The notes under the pieces: model-generated
The model's database searches: none
What the model was told of the DNA's origin: nothing
Seen by the model: only the letters and a program-made list of their open reading frames with translations
Position numbers and translations under genes: made by a program
Shown: positions 13,211 through 25,948 of the stretch, piece after piece
How positions within the stretch are numbered: the stretch's first letter is position 1
How the letters are laid out: the number at the start of each line of letters is the position of its first letter
Source of the DNA: the human T2T-CHM13v2.0 reference genome, Homo sapiens
Reading direction: 5' to 3' (one strand)
Assembly: GCF_009914755.1 (NCBI RefSeq)
Contig: NC_060942.1
Length of the DNA: 64,000 nucleotides

Positions 13211-14066
13211 GGGTGCCTGAAATTCAGTGAGCTAAACTGAGCACTACACAAAGAAGACAGAAGGAGGGAGGGAAAGTCAAGGACAATTCATGCTTTGTGT
13301 TGGTTGGTAGCAAAGCTATTTTTCTCTCTGGAAGAAAGAGATGAAACTTCTGATATTCAAATGCTCACCCACCAGGCACCCTTCAGAACTCCCATCGATC
13401 AGCTGGCAAATGGACACATTTTAACGAGCACAATCACAACCAAGCAAGTTCTGGCAACAAAATATGCCTCCACTAATGATATTCAATTGTTCTAAGAAGA
13501 CAAAATGGTCTGAAGTGTAATGAGATGCCAAACACACAAATGCACAAAACAGGCTGCTCATATTTAAGTCCTTATGTTTCTTGAAGTGAAAACTCATTTT
13601 AAGAAGATTATGGTGCATATATTATAAAATGGGATGATATTCTACATTCATGCCCCACTGGGGCCTTGACTGTATTAAAAAAATGAAAACAAAACCAACA
13701 ACAACATTTTGTTCCCACACAAGTACTTTGCTAATAGGACATGTGATGTGTTAGTCATTTGTTTGGGTTATTTTTATTGCAGGCTTTCTAGATGCATTTA
13801 CCCTTTGATATGCAGTGTATTCATGGAGTTTTTTTCAGCTGAGTTTCTGAGGGTTAGAATATTCTAGAAACAAGGGCAGAAGGTCAGGGCCATGGAAGAA
13901 AATTATAATTGATGAGGTGGGATAAGAGGGAGGAAAGGGAGGAAACAGGCTGGGATGATGTCTTCCCCACTCCTTCTGGTTAGAGTAAAGCAACGTCCAC
14001 TGAGGCCATAGCCATAATTTTATCCTTGACCAAGTTCTATTTAACATGTGTATCAGTGGCAAAGAT

Positions 14067-14302
14067 CCATGATTTCAAACACTTATTATAAGCAAAATCC
14101 TTTGTTCTAATGAAATCTTTCTAAGAAATGTAAACAAATAAAACATATAGGAATGGAAATAATATGGTTAAAGTGAGCATGATGTTTTCCAAACAATTTA
14201 GATCTCCTTTCTCCTCCTTCTCTTTTTTTTATTTAAATCAGTAACCCTGTGGGGGGCTTCTGAAAACCCCTAAGACCCCAGGAAACTGTGTGAAAATCAC
14301 TG
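14067..14302. mobile_element. hAT-Charlie-type MITE (MER112-like)
   Basis: Degenerate TIR-like ends (catgatttcaaac / tgaaaatcactg) and partial internal similarity to recalled consensus. Confidence 0.4.
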
Positions 14303-14399
14303 ATTCAGATGAAGAAGTGAGATAGTTAAAGGTCCCAGAGAAAAGGACAGAATGGGAAAAGGAAGGGTATGTAAGGCAGGGAATGGAAAACATTGTATC

Positions 14400-14797
14400 T
14401 GTTTCATAAAGAGAAAGTAAATGGGGTTGGGGTGGTAACTCAGGAATTAATGAATGTAGGAAACATCCACCACTCCTAGAGCTGGTGGAAGGAAAGGGAG
14501 GAAGTGGTGTTATCAGAGTCCAAAAATACTGAGCAAAGGCCACATGGACGGTGCTGGAACCATGAAGAGGCTCCTGGCTGAAACCAGGGCTGCAGACACT
14601 TCTGCAGATGCCACAAGAGATTAAGGGAGAAGCAAAGAAGACGCGCTGCTTCTTCCCTACTCCTGTCTGTCATCCCACCAATACCTCCTCATGGTTACAC
14701 CTACCAGGAAGCCTGATAAAAAGACTCCCAGCCTTGCCATTACTGAATAGAATTAAGAAGGGAAAGCATGAGGCTCAGAGGCAGTAACTGGCCCAGT
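14400..14797 (-). mobile_element. LTR33/LTR41-type ERVL LTR (putative 3' LTR)
   Basis: Reverse strand begins tgggccagttac, preceded by PPT-like aagcagaaaagatgac; internal gtggtgttatcaga and gctggaaccatg motifs. Confidence 0.6.
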
Positions 14798-14929
14798 CAT
14801 CTTTTCTGCTTAATATTTCAGAACTTACTCTTCTTGGAATATCCTATGATAATCAATAACATAGAACAAATATATGCTCTTTGCTATGCCCATCCTGAAA
14901 GGGTCAACTCATGATTTTCCCCCTGAACT

Positions 14930-16630
14930 TCTTAGAATTCATCTTTGAATCTTTGTTACTTCATAAATACCTGACTCTCAAGTCAAATAGTTATCTGTTG
15001 CTTGCGAATTAGTATAGACGTACAATTCTGGCCCTATTTCCTTTTATGCAAAGTTGGGCTGGCTATGGTGTTTCATGCCTGTAATCCTAGCAACTAAAGA
15101 GGCTGAGGCAGGAGGATCACTTGAGACAGGAAATTTGAAGCTGCAGTGGGCTATGATTGTATGAGCCTAGATGCCAGAGCTAGACCCTGTCTCTCTCTCA
15201 AAAAAAAAAAAAAAGTAAAGAAAGAAAATAAAAAGACAACAATGTAGATTTTCTCCTTATGCTGTCTTTCTGCGATATTTCTGATTGGGGTTGACAAATG
15301 ACACTTATGGCTAGTGACAGAATATTATATAGAACTTTTTGCAAACTAGGTCTGAGTTACTTTTTGCTTTGTATACTACAAAATACTGATTGTGGGGATC
15401 ACTCCATAAGGCCATAGGAGTCATTTAAAGAAGTGGTAAGAGAAAGTGCATCTGTGGAGGTGCCAGGAAGTTCTCAGCCTCCTCTTCTGCAATTCACTTG
15501 TGCCATTAGACCCTTCCAAAATCTCTCCTAGTAGATAACACTTCCACTTGATGGGAGAGTGCTGCTCTACATCCCTATATTTGTGATTTAGTGAATAAGA
15601 AAACACCTAGTTCAAGATAGAGTTCAAGTTGCTAGGTCAGTTGTCCTGTGACCAGATAGTAAACCAGGGCCCAGTATTAACTTTTTATTCTAGAAGCTAA
15701 CAGTATCCTCAGAAGGGGGCATTATTTTGCTCCAAAATCTTGGGGAACTGCACTGTGATCTCTCTATTGGTGAATTCCATAGACTTCTTCCAGCATTGTT
15801 GTTCACCATAGTTATTCTGTGTTCCTTTGGAGAGGCTGGATACTAAAGTTACTGTGTCAGAACAGCATCCATTATAACCTGGATCAGCTTCAGAATTCAC
15901 TCACAACTGAAAGCCTTTCAGCAAGTCAGTAAATACATTGGAACAGTACCTTCAAATAAAGTATATGTTGCCTCCAAAATCCAAAGAAGCCAAACATGCA
16001 TTGTGCTTATTTCTTAGTGGTAGGCTGTATAAGGGGAAACTCCACTGGACTCTCAGAAATGTTACCAAGGTGTCAAGTCCATATATTTTTATGGGGTTTA
16101 TCTCCTAACTTCTGGCACTCTTGAATGCTACTAAGGCAACTAAGGTAGTTGCCACTTTCTACTCATCAAGTCCCATCAGCATGATACCATCAAGGTAGTG
16201 GACCAGCATGATGTTCTTGGGGTAACAAGATGCTCAAGGTCCCTGCAAACAAGGTTATGACAGAGGTCAGGAAGGTTATGTGGCTCTGGAACAAGTCAGT
16301 TGAGGAGTATTGCTACCCTGTGAGGCAAAAGCTTCCTGCTTCACATCATCTTTGGAAATTGTTATATAGGAGGAAAAATATGATATATAAATAGCTGCAT
16401 GCCAGGTGCCAGGGGATTTTGCTTTGTTCGAGGAAAGATACTAACACAGGAATGGCAGCTACAGTCTAAGGTACCACCTGATTTATTTCCTAGAACTCCG
16501 CAGTCATTTCCCAGACCTAGTCATCTTCTGCATAGTAAACAAGACTAGTTAAATGGCAGTATGACAGAACTTACAACTTCTGCAAATATCAAGTTTCTTC
16601 TTGGTACCAAACACTATATCAATCAAAGTC
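14930..16630 (-). mobile_element. Ancient ERVL pol remnant (RT, tether, RNase H), heavily degraded
   Basis: Manual minus-strand translation gives NQVV..AAIP..SFLEQ, PGTWHAAI, LCHNLVCRDL, LVHYLDGIML (YIDD site at 16186-16197), EINP.KI, GFFGFWRQHI, QHSPIKWK, all colinear with HERV-L Pol. Confidence 0.85.
15057..15235 (+). mobile_element. Free Alu monomer (FAM/FRAM/FLAM-like) inserted in the ERVL pol
   Basis: Single Alu arm followed by A-rich tail; ERVL homology resumes on both sides. Confidence 0.8.
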
Positions 16631-16639
16631 CAATGAAGA

Positions 16640-16882
16640 TAATTGAAGAGGCATATACACTTCCAAAAATCCTGCCAGCAGCAGAGAGAAATCAAGTAAG
16701 AATAATTTCTTCTCTCCCCTTCTCTTCTGATCTCTAACTAATGCCTCCTTTGGGAAAAACTAATAGAAAACTGGTTGGCAAAGGAAACTGGAAATTTAAT
16801 TAAAGACACCCAGCCTCGGCATTCCAGAGAAGACAGAACTATCAATGTGGGACTGGGAGGCACTAGGTAAGTAACTGACACA
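16640..16882 (-). mobile_element. LTR33/LTR41-type ERVL LTR (putative partial 5' LTR)
   Basis: Ends taactgacaca on the plus strand (TGTGTCAGTTA on minus), similar to the LTR at 14400-14797. Confidence 0.6.
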
Positions 16883-17574
16883 ATTACTCCTTGCATAATA
16901 AATTGATATTTGGAACAGAATTTTATTAGTTTTGTGACTTATACTTGTCTCCGCTTTTTCTGATGACATACCACACACAGAGAAAGAGGATAGTGCCCCA
17001 GAAGACTATGCTGCAATGGGAAGTCTGTAATGTAAGTTCTGGGAACTTTTTAGTTTTCCTCAAACCCAAGAGGTTAGAACCATGCCAAACTGACGTAAGT
17101 TGGCATTAATAACATTTCGTGACATGAAGTTGTCAGGATGAGAAACCTAATGATATAAATGTGGGACTCATAGGATGAGGCTGTGGCGGTATGAGAAGTC
17201 ATGGATTGGCATCACTAGTTCATTTAAAAGACCTGCTGTTCTTAGGTAAATGCCTACCCTAAAATAGGAAGCCATCAGGAGGTTTGACTTAACATAGAAC
17301 TCATTCAGATAAAGACTATATTTATGAAGCAGAACTTCTATATTGCAGTAAGACAAATCAGATCTGTCACATCTTACCCACTAGTGAGCCTTCCACTTTA
17401 AGAGCAAGATTTACAAGTACAGTTCAGAGATAGTCATGATAATGGTGAAAAGTCTAGAAATTATCTAAGGGGACAAAGTGGGGTTCATTTGTATTTATAC
17501 ATATATTTACCCTTTCTTTATACTTTTCTTTTTTGAGTCCATCTTTAATACTTTTCTTCTCCAGTACTCTCTTT

Positions 17575-19853
17575 TCTGTTTTTTTTTTTTTGTTGGTCTT
17601 TTATATTTAAAAAAAAATTTAAGTTCTGGGGTACATGTGCAGGATGTGCAGGTTTGTTACATAGGTAAATGTGTGCCATGATGGTTTGCTGCACCCATCA
17701 ATCCATCACCTAGGTATTAAGCCCAGCACGCATTAGCTATTTTTCCTAATGCTCTCTCTCCCTCCACCTTACCCCCAGACAGGCCCCAGTGTGTGTTGTT
17801 CCTCTCCCTGTGTCCATGTGTTTTCATTGTTCAGCTCCCACTTATAAGTGAGAACATGCAGGTGTTTGGTTTTCTGTTCTTGCATTAGTTTGCTGAGGAT
17901 AATGGCTTCCAGCTCCATCCCTGCCCCTGCAGAGGACGTGATCTCTTTCCTTTTCATGGCTGCATAGTATTCCATGGTATATGTGTACCACATTTTCTTT
18001 ATCCCATCTATCATTGATGGTCATTTGGGTTGATTCCATGTCTTTGCTATTGTGAATAGTGCTGCAATGAACATACGCATGCATGTATCTTTGTAATAGA
18101 ATGATTTAAATTTTGGGGGGTATATACCCAGTAATGGGAATATTGGTCAAATGGTATTTCTGCTTCTAGATCTTTGAGGAGTCACCCCACCATCTTCCAC
18201 AATGGTTGAAGTAATTCACATTCTCGCCAACAGTGTAGAAGTGTTCCTATTTCTTCATAACTTTGCCAGCTTCTGTTGTTTCTTGACTTTTTAATAATCG
18301 CCATTCTGACTGGGGTGAGATGGTATCTTATTGTGGTTTTGATTTGCAATTCTGTAATAATCAGTGATGCTGAGGTTTTTCTTCGTGTTCTTTGGCCGCA
18401 TGAATATATTCTTTTGAGAAGTGTCTGTTCCTGTCCTTTGCTCACTTTTTAATGTTTTTCTTTTTCCTCATAAATTTGTTTGAGTTCCTTGTAGATTCTG
18501 GATATTAGGCCTTTGTCAGATGGATAGATTGCAAAAATTTTCTCCCACTCTGTAGGTTGCTTGTTCACTCTGATGATAGTTTTTTTTTTTTGTTTTTTTT
18601 TGTTTGTTTTTTTGTTTTTTTTTAAACTGTGCAGAAGCTCTTTAGTTTAATTAGATCCCATTTGTCAATTTTTGCTTTTGTTGAATTGCTTTTGGTGATT
18701 TCATCACGAGATCTTTGCCTGTGCTTATGTCCTGAATGGTATTGCCTAGATTTTCTTTTACGGTTTTTGTAGTTTTGGGCTTTACCTTTAAGTCTTGAAT
18801 CCATCTTGAGTTAATGTTTGTATAAGGTGTAAGGAAGGGATCCAGTTTCAATTTTCTGCATATGGCTAGCCAGTTTTCCCAGTACCATTTATTAAATAGG
18901 GAATCCTTTCCCCATTGCTTGTTTTGTCAGGTTTGTCGAAGATCAGATAGTTGTAGACGTGCAGTCTTATTTCTGAGTTCTCTATTCTGTTCCATTGGTC
19001 TATGTGTCTGTTTTTGTACCAGTACCATGCTGTGTTGGTTACTGAAGGCTTGTAGTATAGTTTGAAGTCCAATAGCGTGATGACTCCAGCTTTGTTCTTT
19101 TTGCTTAGGATTGTCCTGGTTACATGAGCTTTTTTTTGGTTCCATATGAATTTTAAAATAGTTTCTTCTAATTCTGTGAAGAATGTCAATAGTAGTTTAA
19201 TGGGAATAGCATTGAATCTATAAATTACTTTGGGCAGTATGGCTATTTTCATGATATTGATTCTTCCTATCCATGAGCATGGAATGGGTAGTGGTTTGTA
19301 GTTTTCCTTGAAGAGGTCCTTCACTTCCCTTGTTAGCTGTATTCCTAGGTATTTCATTCTCTTTGTAGCAATTGTGAATGGGAGTTCATTCATGGTTTGG
19401 CTTTCTGCTTGCCTGTTGTTGGTGTATAGGAATGCTTATGACTTTTGCACATTGATTTTGTATCCTGAGATTTTACTGAAGTTATTTATCAGTATAAGAA
19501 GCTTTTGGGCTGAGGCGATGCGGTTTTCTAGGTATAGGATAATGTCATCTGCAAACGAAGACAATTTGACTTCCTCTTTTCCTATTTGAATACCCTTTCA
19601 TTCTTTGTCTTGCCTGTTGCTCTGGCCAGAACTTCCAATACTATGTTGAATAGGAGTGATGAGAGAGGGCATCCTTGTCTTGTGCAGGTTTTCAAGGGGA
19701 ATGCGTCCAGCTTTTGCCCATTGAATATGATATTAGCTGTCGTTCTGTCATAGATGGCTCTTATTATTTTGAGGTATGTTCCTTCAATACTTAGTTTATT
19801 GAGAGTTTTTACCATGGAGGGATGTTGAATTTTATTGAAGGCCTTTTCTGCAT
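17575..19853 (-). mobile_element. L1PA8/L1PA10-like LINE-1, 5'-truncated (ORF2 C-terminal half and 3'UTR)
   Basis: ORFs 19582-19884, 18866-19393, 18651-18851 and 17769-18014 translate to L1 ORF2p ([27 protein letters not shown]); TSD cca(g/a)tactctcttt at 17561-17574 and 19854-19867. Confidence 0.95.
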
Positions 19854-19867
19854 CCAATACTCTCTTT

Positions 19868-21800
19868 AATATATCCTTTTGCACAGGTGTTCATTAACAA
19901 TTCTCTCAGCTTTTGTTTGATTAGACATCTCACTTTTTTACTTTCAGTTTTAAAGGACATTTACATTCAGTTTAGAATTTTACATTGGCAGGTGTTTTCT
20001 TTGGCACTTCAAGGAGATCATTATGGATATCATTATCTGGCTTCTATATGTTCTGAGGAGAAGTCAGTGTTCACTCATTATTTTTCATTCAAAGGTAATG
20101 TCCTTTTTCCTCTGACTACTTTTTAGGATTTTGTTTTTGGGCTTTGGTTTTCAAAACTTTTACTATGACATATGTTAGGTGTATTATTTTTATAACTGTG
20201 TTGCTTAGGTTTTTGTTGAGCTTTTGAATCTGTGTCTTCAAGGTTTTATAATTCTTGGAAAACTCTTGGAAATTATTCCTTTGTATTTCTGTTATCTCAT
20301 TCTCTCCTATTCGCTTTCTGGGTTATAATTACTCATATATTACATCTTTTTATCATGACACATTTCTCTCTCTCTAATATTTTCGATTCTCTATTTGATT
20401 CCATTATTTTCTACTAATCCATCTTTCATTTTATTTTATTCTTAGCAGTGGTGATTCAATGGCTGTTTACATCATCCATTGAGTTCTTAATTTCAGATAC
20501 TACAATTGTCAATTCTAGAATGTTCATTTAACTCTTTTTTATAGTTTCCAGTTCTATGGTGAAATAGTCCATCCTGTCATCTATTTTTTTCTGAATATAT
20601 CACAGTTATTTTAATGTCCACATCTGATAGATAACTCTAATATACGAAATAACTATATGACTATTATTATTGTCTGTTGGTCCAAATTCTTGAAATGCAT
20701 GGTAATTTTTGATTAAGTGATGAACTTTTTTATTAAAAAAACTTGCCAAAAATAAATAAATAAATAAATAAATACATAAATACATAAATAAATACACAAA
20801 ATAAAGGCCAGGTGTGGTGGCTCATGCCTGTAATCCCAGCACTTTGGGAGGCTGAGGCGGGCAGATCACCTGAGGTCAGGAGTTTGAGACCAGCTTGGGT
20901 GGTGGTGCAGCCTGTAGTCCCAGCTACTTGGGAGGCTGAGGCAGGAGAATCTCTTGAACATGGGAGGCCAAGGTTGCAGTGAGATGAGCATGCCACTGCA
21001 CTCCAGCCTGGGCAACAGAGTGAGAGTCTGTCTCTAAAAAAAAAAAAAAGAAAAGAAAAAAAGAAAAAAAATTGCAGAGGCTCTCGATAATATTATATTC
21101 CTCCAAAGAGAATAAAACTTATTTTTGGCAGGCATAAGAGTGAGAGCATGTTACCTCTATTCAATCATCAATGTAGCTGACTGAAAGCTGGATTTCAGAC
21201 TTTGTAAGTTTTGCTATGTCTCTCAGTTGCCCCCTACTCTTAGTTGTAGTTCTCCAGGATTTACCACTGAGATCCTGGGGTGATCAGCAGGGAACCTCTT
21301 CCTGGAAAGTGTATGAATTCTAGTTTTCCTCCACAGAACCTTGTGGCTATGGGGTGTTCTGTTGAACTCTTTAGCTACTTTCTCCTCATCCATTGGCAAG
21401 CAGAGGATGTCAGTCTCACTTTCTGTCCTTACTTTTCACAAGGATTCTAAACCCCTACGCCCAGCTGCCTTGATAGCCCATGTTCAATGTTGGCATTTGT
21501 AGCTCTGTGAGGTTGCTGAAAGTCCAACTGCCTTCTGTTTCTTACAGACAAATGGTTAGATCTTCAGGCTCTTACTCCTCACTACTTAAAATTCCACAAA
21601 TTCCCGGAGCTCCCCTTCTAAGACCTTGGCCTCACATGTCTTGGCTTCCTCAGAAGCTCTCCAGTGCATTTGCATAGATATTATTTGTCAGTGCAATTAT
21701 TTGGCAGCATTTTATCCAGCTTTTTTGGTTGCTCTCAGGAAAAAAAAAAGTGTTGTTCTACTTCAAGTTGCCCTGTCATAGCCAACTGTAGAAACTCATA
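19868..21800 (-). mobile_element. Old L1M (L1ME/L1MD-type) 5'/ORF1-region fragment, interrupted by an Alu
   Basis: T-rich sequence with aattctctcagcttttgtttg, tctgaggagaagtcag and catccattgagttcttaatttcag typical of L1M. Confidence 0.65.
20806..21064 (+). mobile_element. AluSx/Sz with internal deletion of the A-rich linker region
   Basis: gagaccagcttgggtggtggtgcagcctgtagtccc joins the left arm directly to the right arm; A-tail present. Confidence 0.9.
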
Positions 21801-22859
21801 CCAGGCTATTTTAGACAGATGCATAGGGAGAGTGGTGGTTTTGGCATAAGCCTGTTGGTTACCAGGTATGTCTACAGGACATAAAAAGATGAGAGAAACA
21901 GTTGGAGTCTCTTTGTGTTTTTCTATCTTCCTATACTATATTGAGAACAAGGGTGTCTTTACCCTTACTTTTGATGACTCAGAACTCTGATCTACAGTCG
22001 TAAAGAGGAAAATATGAGTATACAAAACCATGTGCTTATGGGAATTATATTTGTTCCTTGAAATTTATTAAAGCTTTCTGACGGCTTGGCACATTATTAA
22101 ATTTTTGTAAATGTTCTATTACTGCTTGAGAGAAATGTGTACTTTGTAATTGTTGTTTGTGAAACTCCATAAATGGCCGTTAGTTCGAGGTTATTTATTA
22201 TATTGTTTTTATCTTTCAAATTATTTTAGTTATCTACCTGTTCGATCAGTAATTGAAAAGTCTGTGTTCAAATGTACTGTCTTGTGCCACTCATGTGTGT
22301 ATTATTTTAATAATTTCCTTAAAGTGATATCTGTATCTTCTAATGGGTAACAAATACTTTAGTATGTTTTCACATCTCTTGGTCTCTCTGCTCCAACTTC
22401 TGTCATATTGAACTTAACAAGGCTTTTAATTCTAGGCTGTTATGAATATATTTGCTTTCTTTTGCTTTGCTCTAGTTACTTTTAAGAGCAACAACTGCCA
22501 GTATCAAAATATGAGAAATATATAACATTGTACACATCATGTTATATACATATATCCTATATAATATCTATATTTTTCATGTATGACATTTTTCATATAT
22601 GGCATTGTGTGTGTGATATTATCACTTGAATTAGTCCTCCCTGTTATTTAAATTCTTCATCTCTAACTATTTTCTATATGGTACTTTGTGTAGCAAAGCT
22701 TCTTAAGCCTTATTTACCCAGCAATATTTTTATAGCTCTTATATTTGAATAATAGCTTGGGTGGATAAAAATTTTAAGTTTAGAAATTTTTTCTTACTGG
22801 TTCTTCTAACTTTTATGGCAGGAAGAGGTTGGCATACACAAACGTTAATGTGGAATGAT

Positions 22860-22990
22860 TAAAAACCAAATTAAAAGGTAAAATTTATTAATGAAAACAG
22901 AAAATTCTTGCTAACTTAGAGAAAGCAGAGATTCATTAATTCATAAAAATCACAAAACTTGAAAAAAATAATTTGATAAAACAGATTCTG

Positions 22991-23036
<46 letters not shown>

Positions 23037-24045
23037 GTCTATTTGTTTCTATCACCAATTGATTAAAATTCTGCTTTTTTAAAGACACATTTAAGTATAT
23101 GAAGAAGCAAGCTTCAGGCTAAGAAACTCACAATTCTTATGTCTGAAAAAAGTACTTGTATCCAGAGTATATAAAGATCCTAAATAATCCAAGAAGACAA
23201 ATAACCTAGTTAAAAATGTGCAGAGAATTTGAAAAGACATTTCAGAAAGAGGATAGGAATGACCAATAAGCATATAAAATGATGCTTAACATCCTTGGTC
23301 AACAGGAAAATAAAAATTTACACCACGATAAGATAGCGTTACAGTTAATTAGAATGGCTAATATGAACAAAATGTCTTGTAATGCCAAGTTTTGGTGAAG
23401 ATGAGGAGTGACTTGAACTCTCACACACTGTTGGTGAAAAATGCATGATAATACAACCATTCTAGAAAATAATGGAGCAGTTTCTTATAAAGTTATATAT
23501 ATACTATATGGCTTTATAATTTTATTCCTTGATATTGTCCCAAGAGAAATGAAAACATACCTATTCAGAGATTTGTACATGAATGTTCATAACAGCTTTA
23601 CTCATAAGAGCTCATTAAATAAGTAAACGGATAAACAGATTGTGGTATATTCATTCAATGAGCTTCTACCATGTAGTGAAAAGAATAGACTCAAAATAAA
23701 TGCAAAAACATATATACATCTCAAAAATATTTTGCTGAGCAAAGGAAGCCAGTCACAAGAAAGTATGTACTGTATGCTTCCACTTAATTATAAAACTTAA
23801 GAAACATAAATCTAAATTTTAGTGGTAGAAAGAGGATCAGCTGTTGCCTGGGGCCAGGGATAGGGAATGAGAATTGACTATGAATTGGCCCCCAAATCTT
23901 TAAGGTTATAGAATTGTTCTGTATCTTAATTGTCATGGTGGTTACATGGACAGATACATTTGTCAAAACTCAGTGTAGTATATATATTTATAACTTGTGC
24001 ATTTTGTATTATTTAATTTTACCTGAATAAAGTTGATTGAAATGA
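22860..24045 (+). mobile_element. L1ME/L1MC-type LINE-1 3' end
   Basis: acttgtatccagagtatataaaga, ccaataagcatataaaatgatgctt, ccaagagaaatgaaaacata, tacatttgtcaaaactc, terminal aataaagttgat. Confidence 0.8.
22991..23036. repeat. (TCTA)11 tetranucleotide STR
   Basis: 11 perfect TCTA units plus TC. Confidence 0.97.
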
Positions 24046-24948
24046 AAAGTTCTTTTACATACTAATCCTGTTTTTATATTTTTTCCTGAAGAAAGTAATT
24101 AGATAAGTACATAATGATATATATAAAACTTTATCCCATTATATGAGAGATCAACCTGAAGACAATATACATTATTAATAATAATGGATTATCTCAGTAA
24201 GATTGGTATATACATAAAATGCAGTCATTAAAATGATGATGTAGATATATAATAATTGATACATAAACATACTGGGAGCAGTTTTACATTCATTATTTAA
24301 TTTCTGTTGCACAATAATAGCATGCATTTTCAAGTAAGGTTTGGGACAGTCAAGAGAACTATAACTTTGAGTGACAAAGTGATTTGTTCAAGAACATAAG
24401 GATTGTAACTGGATGGAGAGAGTTCGTTAGATGAGGCATATATGCTTCCTTCTGTACCATGCTCTCTCTCCCGTTTTACCCATCAGCTGCATTTGTCATG
24501 TGCTAATCTGATCTGTTTCCTTGAAGCGACAGAGTGCTGACAGAGAGCAGTGCAGATCTCATTCATGGTGGGTGAAAGCGCTAGATTCTGTTTCTCACTG
24601 TGGAGACACAGTCTGCAATAGAAACCAGATAAGACATGGGGAGACCAAAGCCAATCACATGTTTGAATGGCACCATAATTGATATATATTAAGTCATGAT
24701 TCTGATTGAGACAAAATGTGCCTTCCCTTTCCAATCTGACACCATTGCTCTTTAGAAAATTTAAGAGCCAATGACCATTCTTTGGAGGACTAAGTTAGAT
24801 CTGACCTGTGGCAATGTTTATCAGGTCAGCCTTTACCCTGCCTCATCCTCCCTCCCTCCACTGCCTCTCTTTTTATCTTCATCTTTCCTTCACTCTTCAT
24901 TATCAAATCCACTAATTCAGTGCCCTTGTGCTTCTTTAGAATTTGTCA

Positions 24949-24950
<2 letters not shown>

Positions 24951-24989
<39 letters not shown>
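24951..24989. repeat. (GT)16 microsatellite with short imperfect extension
   Basis: Direct reading. Confidence 0.97.
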
Positions 24990-24990
<1 letters not shown>

Positions 24991-25103
24991 CTAGACAAAG
25001 CTGTCAGAGACTGAATACACACACCATAACCCAGTTACTCATCAGTGTAGGTTAGGGAAGCTCTACTGTGGCCTTTAAGGCTACCGAATTTCCATAATGT
25101 GAT

Positions 25104-25373
25104 ATGGACCCACAATCTTTTATCTGAAAATCTTGGGGCCAGATAGGTTTCTGAATTGTTGGATTTTACAAAGATAGTGTAATATATACAGCGGAATCTT
25201 AAGAATAAACCTATAAACACACAGTTGTATTCTGGAGTGAAACCTCTTAATGTTCATATTATGTAAGTAGTCTAATGTTAGTTCAGGTCTGGTTTGGCTG
25301 TCAAGTGAGTTCAAATCAGTTTCCAGTAGTTTTTGCGTACTGGAATTGAACATAAGTACTGAAGGCCACATCT
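25104..25373. mobile_element. MER46C (TcMar-Tigger MITE)
   Basis: ccacaatcttttatctgaaaatcttggggccagat and agttcaggtctggtttggctgtcaagtgagtt match recalled MER46C. Confidence 0.7.
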
Positions 25374-25560
25374 AGCTCTCCAGGAGAGAACTCTAGGCAC
25401 ACTTTTAGCCTGTAGCTGTAGTCTCTTCTATTCTTTTTTAACCTGGCTCTTAATGCCTTTTTATTCATTCCCTGGTTTCAGATATGTGCTGTAGAACTTT
25501 CTCTTGAATTTGGACTTGTGTCTGGGAGTGGGTGTGCACAGACTTGCACACACCAATACA

Positions 25561-25948
25561 ACTTTAATGAAGTATATTTAAAATATCTGAAAAATTCACT
25601 TCTTTTAAGTTTAAATTTTAATGGTTTTTAGTATGTGTGTACAGTCATAAAATCACTATAATTTTCAAGGTTTAGAGCACTTCTGTCACCCCAACATCTC
25701 CCTCCTGTATCAATGCAGTCAGTCCCCACTCCCACCACAGCCTCAGGCCAGGCAACCATCCATGCAGTCTTTTGTGTCTGTGTCTTTTACTTAGCCCAGT
25801 ATTTTGAGATGTATCCATGCCCTTGTGTGTATTAGCACTTTGTTCTCTTTTATTGCTGAGTGGTATTTCCATATGTGCATTAACTAGTGAATAGATCAAG
25901 TATATGTAGCTCATCTTTACAATGAAATACTATTTAGCAATAGAAAGG
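25561..25948 (-). mobile_element. L1M 3' end with a short inverted L1 piece at 25882-25948
   Basis: Reverse L1M 3'UTR (ttttgagatgtatccatg, ttttattgctgagtggtattt) followed by plus-orientation acaatgaaatactatttagcaatagaaagg. Confidence 0.7.

Noticed and set aside
18866-19393. 175-aa ORF as a host gene
   Set aside because: It is an internally deleted fragment of L1 ORF2p
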